In this document: piece by piece, positions 40,842-48,299 of the stretch
Numbering within the stretch: position 1 is the stretch's first letter
Layout: each line of letters begins with the position of its first letter
IMG/VR virus record: IMGVR_UViG_3300028805_000045
DNA length: 64,000 nt
Source: a virus
Lineage: Duplodnaviria; Heunggongvirae; Uroviricota; Caudoviricetes
Direction: 5' to 3' (one strand)
Made by a program: the position numbers and the translations under genes
The notes under the pieces: generated by a model
What the model was told of the DNA's origin: nothing
The model's database searches: none
Seen by the model: only the letters and a program-made list of their open reading frames with translations

Positions 40842-41357
40842 TTAATTCTCCTTTAAAAATTTATCTAAAATAGGAACATTGACATTAGAATTAATTACTG
40901 AACCCACTTTTCGTGGTTGATATAAAGCAATAGTTTGTAGAAGATTACGATCAATTCCATAAATTAAGTCATTAATTTCATCTTCAACTTCTGCACGAGG
41001 TCTACAAAAATCTTTATATTCTTCTTTTCGTTTTTCGATTTCAATTAAAGCATTATTTCGAGTTATATCTTCTATTTCAATTGTATATAAGACTTCATCG
41101 TTACGTTGTTTACATTTACAACAAATATAAGTTTCATAGATTTTTATAACTAAACGACCAAGCTGTTTTTCTTTTTCTCGTTTTTTATTAGCTTCATTAT
41201 AATAAACATTCCAAGAAAATATAAAATATGGTGAAGAATCCCACCAAAAATGCTCACATTCTTTTGGAACATAAAGTGTTGGAACTTCTTCTACTTTATT
41301 ATTGTTTTTCTTTTTTGTAAACCAGCTCATTTTATTCTCCTTTAAATGGTAGGGCAT
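40842..41357 (-). CDS. Hypothetical protein
   Basis: 171-aa ORF. Confidence 0.45.
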   Translation of the reverse strand: MPYHLKENKMSWFTKKKNNNKVEEVPTLYVPKECEHFWWDSSPYFIFSWNVYYNEANKKREKEKQLGRLVIKIYETYICCKCKQRNDEVLYTIEIEDITRNNALIEIEKRKEEYKDFCRPRAEVEDEINDLIYGIDRNLLQTIALYQPRKVGSVINSNVNVPILDKFLKEN

Positions 41358-41423
41358 GGTGGAATCGAACCATCCTGACCAGTTTATAAGACTGGCGTAA
41401 TCATACCAATATACGAATGCCCC
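41347..41423 (-). tRNA. tRNA-Ile (TAT)
   Basis: Acceptor GGGGCAT/ATGCCCT, loop CTTATAA, CCA encoded. Confidence 0.7.
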
Positions 41424-41434
41424 ATATAGAGGAA

Positions 41435-41620
41435 TTAATCCTCTTCGCCAAAATAGTCATCTATAGTTTTAGGACTAAAACTTAAAGCAATTGCGAATCG
41501 CCGAAAAAAACTCACTAATTCACTCATAGTTAAATCTTCTGAACAGTGAAAGGTTAAATCTACATCAGGATAATTTTCTGGATAAAATGAAAAACTTAAA
41601 GTTGCATTTTTTTCTTCCAT
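41435..41620 (-). CDS. Hypothetical protein
   Basis: 61-aa ORF. Confidence 0.35.
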   Translation of the reverse strand: MEEKNATLSFSFYPENYPDVDLTFHCSEDLTMSELVSFFRRFAIALSFSPKTIDDYFGEED

Positions 41621-41627
41621 TTTATTT

Positions 41628-41675
41628 CTCCTTTCTTACATATATATTATAACATAATTTTAAATTAAAGTCAAT
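41628..41675 (-). promoter_or_regulatory. Promoter cassette copy
   Basis: Motif match. Confidence 0.5.
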
Positions 41676-41709
41676 TATTTATACGTTCTTCAATTAATAT
41701 AACTTCATT

Positions 41710-41880
41710 CAGACATATGTTCTCCAAAATAATCATACACTATTTGTAAACAATTATCAAACATATCGTTTGCTTTTTCATAGGCACATTGAGTAGTATA
41801 ATCTTTCCCAAAAAAATCGTCATCAGAAATACGTAAATTTTCTAAACGGTCTAATAAATCTGTTACAAACATCATAGCAA
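41710..41880 (-). CDS. Small hypothetical protein
   Basis: Manual 56-aa ORF MMFVTDLLDRLENLRISDDD... Confidence 0.3.
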
Positions 41881-41889
41881 TAATTCTCC

Positions 41890-42210
41890 TTAATAAGAAA
41901 AATGTTTAAAGCATTCTGGTTCTTCTTTTTCAAAAAATCCACCGCGTTCTTCATTCCATTCAAAATAGGTACGACGATCTTTTGTTGCACTATCATAACA
42001 GCCGGGATATAAAGTTAAAATAAATCCGGCTTTAAACATATACTCATGAATATCACACCAATTTTCATGCATAGCGCGAACTGCGGTTTCATATTCATAG
42101 TAAAAGCCTACGTCATCTTGTGTGCCACAATCAGGCCAGCCGCATTCATTTGGTGCAGGAATTTTTGAGAATAAAAGAATACGATAAATGGGCTTTTGAT
42201 CTTTATACAT
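41890..42210 (-). CDS. Hypothetical protein
   Basis: 106-aa ORF. Confidence 0.45.
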   Translation of the reverse strand: MYKDQKPIYRILLFSKIPAPNECGWPDCGTQDDVGFYYEYETAVRAMHENWCDIHEYMFKAGFILTLYPGCYDSATKDRRTYFEWNEERGGFFEKEEPECFKHFSY

Positions 42211-42227
42211 ATTATCACCTTTCTTGA

Positions 42228-42298
42228 AGCTTCATAGAGGAATTGAACCTCTATATAGTGTTTACGAAACACTTATGTTGCCATTACATTAATGAAGC
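42228..42298 (-). tRNA. tRNA-Thr (CGT)
   Basis: Acceptor GCTTCAT/ATGAAGC, loop TTCGTAA, T-loop TTCAATT. CCA is not encoded. Confidence 0.7.
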
Positions 42299-42299
42299 G

Positions 42300-42627
42300 T
42301 TTGATGGCTGATTTTTCTGCTGTCCGCCAGCCATCGGCACATACGTCCGATAAGAACACAGGTTTTTCCGTTGCCTGCCAACCGCCGGCACATTCGTCCG
42401 GTAAGTCTGTCGGATTTTAGGTGTCAGCCCACCGGTAATAATTGTTACCTCAAAATAAGCCAGATATACCAATAACATTTGTATATCTTTAACGACCGGG
42501 CTCACGGCGACCACCTCCTTAAGATTCCCTAGTGGTTCGTCTGGGATACGAGAATTTTCCTTTCCGATTTGGTTCGCGACCCGCTTCGGCGGCAACACCT
42601 TTATACATTCCCATTCTCAAAGGTTAC
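42300..42627 (-). ncRNA. GC-enriched ORF-free segment between two tRNAs, candidate structured RNA
   Basis: Contains a tandem pair of roughly 48-nt repeats (GCCAGCCATCGGCACATACGTCCGATAAG / GCCAACCGCCGGCACATTCGTCCGGTAAG) and a CCGC-UUCG-GCGG tetraloop hairpin. The overlapping ORF 42284..42598 is judged spurious. Confidence 0.3.
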
Positions 42628-42703
42628 TGGTCGGAGTGGTGGGACTTGAACCCACGACTTCTTGATCCCAAATCAAGCACGCTACCAACTGCGCTACACC
42701 CCG
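42628..42703 (-). tRNA. tRNA-Pro (TGG)
   Basis: Acceptor CGGGGTG/CACTCCG, loop TTTGGGA, CCA encoded. Fused directly to the promoter leader. Confidence 0.8.
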
Positions 42704-42736
42704 TTCTTTACATATCTATTATACTATAATTTTAAC
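42702..42736 (-). promoter_or_regulatory. Promoter cassette copy fused directly to tRNA-Pro
   Basis: The leader ...ATATGTAAAGAA runs straight into the tRNA 5' end CGGGGTG. Confidence 0.5.
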
Positions 42737-42743
42737 TAAAAGT

Positions 42744-42814
42744 CAAATATTAAAGCGTCCAGTTGGAGTTGAACCAACTAACAAGGATTTTGCAGACCCT
42801 CTCCCGACCGACGA
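42744..42814 (-). tRNA. tRNA-Cys (GCA)
   Basis: Acceptor GCGTCCA/TGGACGC, loop CTGCAAA, T-loop TTCAACT. Confidence 0.75.
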
Positions 42815-42942
42815 GAATTGGACGCATATGCACAAGATAATAAGCAGTTGACAATCTGCATCTCTTATATTAGTGATAGCTGCCTGTTCTATCCTTTATT
42901 ATCTTATGCTCCGCTCTTTCTACACATGGCAGATGAGTTAAA

Positions 42943-43014
42943 CAGGAAGGTAGGGACTCGAACCCCAATCAACGGTTTTGGAGACCGTCATGCTACCAAT
43001 TGCACCACCGACCT
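42943..43014 (-). tRNA. tRNA-Trp (CCA), imperfect acceptor
   Basis: Perfect anticodon stem ACGGT/ACCGT with loop CTCCAAA. T-loop TTCGAGT. The acceptor has 2 mismatches. Confidence 0.55.
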
Positions 43015-43251
43015 ATGATATGATAGGTTGATCCTGGTGTTTCCTCTTTTAAATACGACAAACTTGAATAAAATTTCCAGTTTCTATTCTTAAAAATTAC
43101 CGTATCCCTATCTAACGACATTTCAGCCGCTGTTTACAGTTCTACTGCCTTTCGGAATAAACAGCAATCCCCTGGTGGCATGGGTTGGTAACGATCCAAC
43201 CTATGTGGATTTTCAGTCCACTGCTAATCCGTCTCAGCTACCGTGCCATAA

Positions 43252-43339
43252 TGGGTGGAAAGACAGGACTTGAACCTGCACTTCTCTAATGAGAAATCGG
43301 GGCCACAACCCGACGCGTATACCATTTCGCCACTTACCA
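43252..43339 (-). tRNA. Type II tRNA with anticodon loop TTGTGGC (anticodon GTG, His-type; C73)
   Basis: Acceptor TGGTAAG/CTTTCCA (1 mismatch). Long variable arm TTCTCATTAGAGAA. CCA encoded. Confidence 0.45.
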
Positions 43340-43350
43340 CATATATCTAA

Positions 43351-43422
43351 TGCGAGTGGTGGGAATTGAACCCACTGTACCTTGATTAAAAGTCAAGTGC
43401 CTTACCGGTTGGCTACACTCGC
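43351..43422 (-). tRNA. tRNA-Lys (TTT)
   Basis: Acceptor GCGAGTG/CACTCGC, loop CTTTTAA. Confidence 0.8.
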
Positions 43423-43425
43423 ATA

Positions 43426-43501
43426 TGGAGCTGAGGACGGGACTTGAACCCGTGGTCTTGCGCTTACCAAGCGCACGCTTTACCAACTAAGCTACGACAG
43501 C
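43426..43501 (-). tRNA. tRNA-Thr (GGT)
   Basis: Loop TTGGTAA and T-loop TTCAAGT. The acceptor has 2 internal mismatches. CCA encoded. Confidence 0.65.
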
Positions 43502-43503
43502 AT

Positions 43504-43620
43504 TGGAGCAAGTACACGGATTTGAATCGCGGATACTGTGATTAATGGTGGAAGACCCAAGATTCAAACTTGGCCCTACTTGCGCGAGTATGTGCCTTCA
43601 CTACACCAATCTCCCAAGTC
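43504..43620 (-). tRNA. Degenerate tRNA-like sequence
   Basis: Acceptor GCAAGTA/TACTTGC and a T-loop TTCAAAT are present but no anticodon arm can be folded. Confidence 0.2.
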
Positions 43621-43785
43621 ACATGCTTTTCCAACTAAACTAATGGCGCATATAAATCACATCCATTCTCCCGATTCTCCAAATGGAACCTATCCACCGT
43701 AATTAACTTTTCATTAATTACCCTTATAGCGTCAACGAAGGATATAGACTATTTTATTGATCGTACTTTTATCTCATGTGATTAA

Positions 43786-43859
43786 TGGAGCAAGTAGCGG
43801 GAATTGAACCCGCGACGTCTGCATGGCAAGCAGAAGTTTTACCGCTAAACTATACCTGC
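43786..43859 (-). tRNA. tRNA-Gly (GCC)
   Basis: Acceptor GCAGGTA/TACTTGC, loop TTGCCAT, CCA encoded. Confidence 0.8.
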
Positions 43860-43865
43860 ATAAAC

Positions 43866-43955
43866 TAGACCATTTAATTTATAGGAATCGAACCTATTCA
43901 AAAATTTTTTACAGAAATTTTTTTTAACCAAAATTAATTGCCGAAATGGTCTATA
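43866..43955 (-). tRNA. AT-rich tRNA-like element (loop CTGTAAA, i.e. GTA)
   Basis: Outer stem TAGACCATTT/AAATGGTCTA and T-arm ATAGG-TTCGATT-CCTAT, with an AATTT/AAATT stem bearing a CTGTAAA loop. The spacing is non-canonical. Confidence 0.2.
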
Positions 43956-43957
43956 AT

Positions 43958-44047
43958 TGGCGGGGGAGCTCGGATTTGAACCGAGAATGACGCCCTCAGA
44001 AGGCCCAGGTTTTAGAGACCTGCGTGTTGCCGTTACACCACTCCCCT
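43958..44047 (-). tRNA. Amber suppressor tRNA, anticodon CTA; type II scaffold (long variable arm), Ser-like
   Basis: Anticodon stem CAGGT/ACCTG with loop CTCTAAA (CTA = revcomp of plus 44013-44015). T-arm CTCGG-TTCAAAT-CCGAG. 3' end is ...CTCCCCCGCCA. The loop flanks GGTCT.CTAAAACC resemble this phage's tRNA-Ser(TGA) (GGTCTTGAAAACC) and the E. coli serU/supD Ser tRNA. Confidence 0.75.
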
Positions 44048-44050
44048 TTA

Positions 44051-44184
44051 TGGTGGGCGAGGACAGGATTTGAACCTGCGAAGCTTTCGCCTTGGATTTA
44101 CAGTCCATTAAGTAGCTGTTAGAACCTCAATTACTAGATTCATTTTATCGGTTCCAATGTCTTTGACCACTTGACTACTCGCCC
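44051..44184 (-). tRNA. tRNA-Tyr (GTA)-like gene interrupted by a roughly 48-nt insertion at the 5' side of the anticodon loop
   Basis: Perfect acceptor GGGCGAG/CTCGCCC, A73, CCA. Loop CTGTAAA. The insert ACCGATAAAATGAATCTAGTAATTGAGGTTCTAACAGCTACTTAA is flanked by the direct repeat TGGA. Confidence 0.45.
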
Positions 44185-44263
44185 ATATGAGAGTTTTGAA
44201 CACCAAACTCACAACGGTTGCCTTAGGGTAGTAACTTTCCTGCGACTCAGCTCGCAACACTAT

Positions 44264-44349
44264 TGGTGGGCCGCGGTGGAATCGAACCACCTGAGTCATT
44301 GACAGCTGATTTACAGTCAGCGCCGCTTCCATATACGGTATACCGACCC
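44264..44349 (-). tRNA. tRNA-Tyr (GTA), type II
   Basis: Anticodon stem GCTGA/TCAGC, loop CTGTAAA, long variable arm, T-loop TTCGATT, A73, CCA encoded. Confidence 0.75.
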
Positions 44350-44422
44350 ATAAATAACACGACGACTTCTAACTAAATAAATCCCTAATTTATTGTTAAA
44401 ATTATTGCTGTAATCGTCGTAA

Positions 44423-44498
44423 TGGTCTCCCGTGAAGGATTTGAACCCTCATTAATAGATCCGTAGTCTATTGTCCTATTCCGTTAGACGAACGGGAG
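44423..44498 (-). tRNA. tRNA-Arg (ACG)
   Basis: Acceptor CTCCCGT/ACGGGAG, stem ATAGA/TCTAT, loop CTACGGA. Confidence 0.8.
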
Positions 44499-44744
44499 AT
44501 ACAAGAAGCGTTTTTACGCTTCTAGAAACTTTTTGCACGCTAGTGCATAAGATGTTATTGGGCCACGCGCGTCCCACCGCCCTGTTTTAAATTGATTATT
44601 GGTTATCATTCGATCTTTCGATCTCCCAAGTTCTCAATTTAATCATGCGCCAAAGCCTTGTCCGCCCTAGTTAATGTTGAGAATCGCCGTATATAGTACT
44701 GTTCGTGGTGGCGCCTTACATCCATATAACTATATATCCCACGC

Positions 44745-44787
44745 TCTCAACATATTTATTATACTATAATTTTAGAATAAAGTCAAA
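44745..44787 (-). promoter_or_regulatory. Promoter cassette copy
   Basis: Motif match. Confidence 0.5.
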
Positions 44788-44789
44788 TA

Positions 44790-45104
44790 TCAGTATTCTT
44801 TGTATCCATAATGAGTAAGTAATTGCCGCATATTCTGCACACCAACAGGATTCATGCTATGAATATGAAAACCAACAAGTGGAATTTGATGTTCTACAAT
44901 ATATTTACAAATATCATATCCAGAACCATCAAGTCCAATATCATGGTCAAGGTCAATGAAAATTTCATCATTTTTCGTACAACAATCTAATATATCAATT
45001 GTACTATGATAATCTCGGCATACCTGAACTTGGTATTGATTACTTTTTAATATGTTAGCCCAAGTACATTCACGAATATCATCTATATAAATGTAAATTT
45101 TCAT
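44790..45104 (-). CDS. Hypothetical protein
   Basis: 104-aa ORF. Confidence 0.45.
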   Translation of the reverse strand: MKIYIYIDDIRECTWANILKSNQYQVQVCRDYHSTIDILDCCTKNDEIFIDLDHDIGLDGSGYDICKYIVEHQIPLVGFHIHSMNPVGVQNMRQLLTHYGYKEY

Positions 45105-45109
45105 ATTAT

Positions 45110-46270
45110 ATTCTCCTTTAATTTATAAAATGCCAAGCGTTTCAGGCTCTTTTTAACGGTTTCTGTGTTTCCGTATTCACGCATAGTCCATTAGTACCAT
45201 GGGCTTTTGGACTCACCCTATGTAGCTGACAGTATTTCAACTTCCCCACTCATAAGGGATGGTCGATATTTTTATACCGCATCATCCACTCTGCGGTTTA
45301 AATTTTTGCGGGTGTAGATTTTCACTACACATGATAAATAAGTGAATTGGCCGAGTTCTTCTTATTTATCATAGTTACTTTTTGAAGCATTTGCTCTTAT
45401 CTTCTGGAGAAGCACCCTAACACTATGTGTCTACTGATACAATGCACTTTGCATTAACATTGCCACTGTATCCGCTACAGATTATTGAACAATCAAATGA
45501 TTGTTTTTTAATTCTGCTTGCGTTTATTCCACCACCGCAAATATTATTTATATAGCACAAAACCTAAGACACCAAAGATTAGAAAAACGCATCCGCATCA
45601 TCCACTCTGCGGTTTGACGAGAAATTCTTCCCATCTGCTAAAATGCCCCTTACTCTTATTTCTTTAGTATAAAAGACACTTTGTTTAACAATTACTGCGA
45701 CCTTCGCCGTACCTCATAATTCTTCTTGAATATTATGCTACTATTGAAAACCGGGCTGTGGCATAAGTAGCGACCTTATACCATCCGATTCCCGCGCCTA
45801 GCGCCGAGAATAGAGAGGATTGTTTACCTCTAAGTTTCACCCAAACCATTCAGCAGAAATTCATATCTGTATTTGTATTTCTATTTACATACAAATTTCT
45901 GTCTTGGGCTACTCCAACCGCAAACCTTACTTATATGCCATTTCTGGCTTTCATCGACATAGCGACTTGTGGTTTTTCCAGAGTTTGTATTGGCTACCAC
46001 CCCAATACCTTATCTGGATTTGGCCTGGCTCTTAACCTGGCTTCCTATTGTGTCGCCGTAAGGAATCGTGCATTTTCAAGCGAATTACTTGGCGCATACT
46101 CTTAACATTTGGAGTTTCTCCGCTATCGCTAACTATTACTAGTTTTGCGGCCGCACTTGCCTAGTATCCCGGGCAGTAGTGTATGGCTGTTATTCAAGTA
46201 TCCCAAGCTGCGTGGTTAGCGCATCTTCACTTGGTTCATAATTGCTAAACAAAATGTCTTTTACATTTCG
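45110..46270 (-). ncRNA. About 1.15 kb of GC-enriched, ORF-free sequence downstream of a promoter cassette: candidate long structured RNA(s) or an acquired element
   Basis: No ORF of at least 60 aa on the minus strand. A duplicated 23-mer CCGCATCATCCACTCTGCGGTTT occurs twice. Two hairpins covary: GTGTAG-ATTTTCA-CTACAC versus GTGTGG-ATTTTCA-CCACAC. Confidence 0.3.
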
Positions 46271-46274
46271 TTTT

Positions 46275-46319
46275 CCTTTCTTACATATTTATTATATCAT
46301 AGATTTTGAAGAAAGTCAA
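46275..46319 (-). promoter_or_regulatory. Promoter cassette copy driving the 1.15-kb ORF-free region
   Basis: Motif match. Confidence 0.5.
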
Positions 46320-46507
46320 ATATTTAGGTGTGGATTTTCACCACACATACGAGCTTTATTCTCCATGATTCCAAGTTTTATGTCCTCTCCGACTGGAACC
46401 GCTTTTTCGGCGCGTAGTCTCAACCCTCGCATGCTCGCCAACCGTCAACTGCTGCATCCTCATGGATTTGTATTTACGTCTACATATTCCGCCACTAAAT
46501 ATTTGAA

Positions 46508-46585
46508 TGGTGTCCAGTAAAGGATTTGAACCTTCAAAAACATGGGCCTAAACCATGCGCGTCTGCCAAATTGCGCCAACTGGAC
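46508..46585 (-). tRNA. tRNA-Leu (TAG), short variable arm, A73
   Basis: Acceptor GTCCAGT/ACTGGAC, stem CATGG/CCATG, loop TTTAGGC. Confidence 0.65.
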
Positions 46586-46664
46586 ATAATTCGCTTCTAT
46601 TCAGTTTTTCTTTTTTTTCCACAATTTGCTAAAAGAGTCGTATGAAGCGATAACAGTAGACTTT

Positions 46665-46740
46665 GGTATCCTCGGTGGGAGTCGGACCCACAGAACTTCG
46701 GGTTTGAGCCGAATACATATGCCAATTCTGTTACGAGGAC
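46665..46740 (-). tRNA. tRNA-Leu (CAA), short variable arm, A73
   Basis: Acceptor GTCCTCG/CGAGGAT, loop CTCAAAC, T-loop TCCGACT. Confidence 0.65.
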
Positions 46741-46746
46741 ATAAAA

Positions 46747-46824
46747 TGGTAGCGAGAATGGGATTCGAACCCACACTACAGAGATTTTAAGTCTCTTGAC
46801 TCTGCCAAATTGGTCTACCTCGCC
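46747..46824 (-). tRNA. tRNA-Leu (TAA), short variable arm, A73
   Basis: Stem AGAGA/TCTCT, loop CTTAAAA. The acceptor has 2 G-U pairs. Confidence 0.65.
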
Positions 46825-47000
46825 ATATTGCTACTATTAACCGTCGTAGCCACGTGCTCCCCAGGTACGCATTATTAAGAGGCGCGGGCAAGTCTATTAA
46901 AACTAGACACGCTTATCTTCCCGGAGCCGACCCGGTGCCTTTTTACTGCAATTCCAAAAATAGCTTGTTCTTTAAGAAAATTTGCTGACGTGTCTCGGCT

Positions 47001-47074
47001 TGGAGCGATATGCGGGACTCGAACCCGCGTCACCGGCTTGGAAGGCCAGGGCACTACCGCTATACCAATACCGC
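47001..47074 (-). tRNA. tRNA-Gly (TCC)
   Basis: Acceptor GCGGTAT/ATATCGC, loop CTTCCAA, T-loop TTCGAGT. Confidence 0.75.
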
Positions 47075-47105
47075 ATTTGCCTATTTAACCCAATAGGCCA
47101 AGAAA

Positions 47106-47182
47106 GTGGTCGCAACACCTGGACTTGAACCAGGGACTTTCATCTTATCAGGATGACACGCTGACCAACTGCGTCATGTTGC
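47106..47182 (-). tRNA. tRNA-Ile (GAT)
   Basis: Acceptor CGCAACA/TGTTGCG, loop CTGATAA. Confidence 0.8.
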
Positions 47183-47183
47183 G

Positions 47184-47411
47184 TTAAGATTTTTTAGCAA
47201 TAAATTTCATTTCAATTTTAGTATTAGCAGGAATAGAATATGAAAGAAAATAATTGTCGGGAAGAGAACACATAATGCTAGAACCTTCAATTGTAAAACA
47301 ATTAATACAATCTTCATGGCCTCGCTGTTTCAAAGTATCTATTAACCAATTATAAATAGACTTAACAAATTCAGTTTTCGTGGCTTGAATAGATAATTCT
47401 TTCTTTTCCAT
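47184..47411 (-). CDS. Hypothetical protein
   Basis: 75-aa ORF downstream of a promoter cassette. Confidence 0.4.
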   Translation of the reverse strand: MEKKELSIQATKTEFVKSIYNWLIDTLKQRGHEDCINCFTIEGSSIMCSLPDNYFLSYSIPANTKIEMKFIAKKS

Positions 47412-47429
47412 AAAATCATTTCCTTTCTC

Positions 47430-47469
47430 TTGATATATTTATTATATCAAAAAATCTTAAAAAAGTCAA
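47430..47469 (-). promoter_or_regulatory. Promoter cassette copy
   Basis: Motif match. Confidence 0.5.
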
Positions 47470-47475
47470 ATATAC

Positions 47476-47530
47476 AAGACCCGCTATAAACGCGCCCGGC
47501 CATCGGGCATCTTTCCCCATAATGGGGAAA
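47476..47530 (-). terminator. Tandem hairpins (terminator-like) that follow a truncated T-arm-like sequence
   Basis: Minus-strand hairpins CTTTCCCC-ATTAT-GGGGAAAG and GCCCG-ATGGC-CGGGC. The upstream GTTAG-TTCGATT-CTAAC looks like an orphan T-arm. Confidence 0.35.
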
Positions 47531-47594
47531 GGTTAGAATCGAACTAACTATCACGTGCTCTCTATGCAAAAGAAGAATTGCTGACAGGTCTTAA

Positions 47595-47668
47595 TGGCGG
47601 CCGATGAGAGAATTGAACTCCCCTGGGGTGGTTAACAGCCACCTGCCAAACCACTTGGCGAATCGGCC
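47595..47668 (-). tRNA. tRNA-Asn (GTT)
   Basis: Acceptor GGCCGAT/ATCGGCC, stem GGTGG/CCACC, loop CTGTTAA. Confidence 0.8.
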
Positions 47669-47689
47669 ATACGAAAGGGATTTCTCCCT

Positions 47690-47730
47690 TTCAACATATT
47701 TATTATAGCATAATTTTAAATAAGAGTCAA
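47690..47730 (-). promoter_or_regulatory. Promoter cassette copy upstream of tRNA-Asn
   Basis: Motif match. Confidence 0.5.
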
Positions 47731-47733
47731 ATA

Positions 47734-48288
47734 TTAGGGCCACTCGCCTAATGGCTTACCAAGATTTGCACGCTCAACATTAGTATTATAGAAAACACCT
47801 TCTGTTGCTGGGCCAGTTAGAACTTCTTCTGCAATATCTTGATATAGAGTACTAATAATACCATGACAATCGTTTAGATTATCTGCGGCAAACTGCACTA
47901 CGCAATTATTAAATACGACGTAAGTTGTACCAATCCACTGATAACCTTCTTCAGCAGGACAAACAGAGTATGCATAAGCAGGATTACCTTTGAATGCAGT
48001 ATCAAATAGTTCAACCTTACTGGTAAAGGCGCGATTAGTTGGAGTTCCATCAATCATAATTTTTAGTTTAACATTGCCAAAACCTACTTCTTCTGGCAAA
48101 ATTTGCTGTAAAGCCGCGACTTTATCGCCGTTATTACAAGCAAGAACTACTGTTGGATGTTCGCCACTAAAATCAACATTGAAAGCAATTAGAGGATCTC
48201 CGTCAAATAGAGCTTCTAATTTTCTTACTGTAATCGTCCAAGGTGGTAGAATTTTTAATCTTACATTATTCATTTCAGTATACCTCAT
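47734..48288 (-). CDS. Hypothetical protein
   Basis: 184-aa ORF. Confidence 0.45.
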   Translation of the reverse strand: MRYTEMNNVRLKILPPWTITVRKLEALFDGDPLIAFNVDFSGEHPTVVLACNNGDKVAALQQILPEEVGFGNVKLKIMIDGTPTNRAFTSKVELFDTAFKGNPAYAYSVCPAEEGYQWIGTTYVVFNNCVVQFAADNLNDCHGIISTLYQDIAEEVLTGPATEGVFYNTNVERANLGKPLGEWP

Positions 48289-48299
48289 AAATTAGAATA

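Noticed and set aside
43504-43620. Plus-strand tRNA reading of the CCAAG-ATTCAAA-CTTGG hairpin
   Set aside because: The T-loop register is off by one and no acceptor or anticodon arms can be formed on the plus strand. Kept only as a degenerate minus-strand tRNA-like element.
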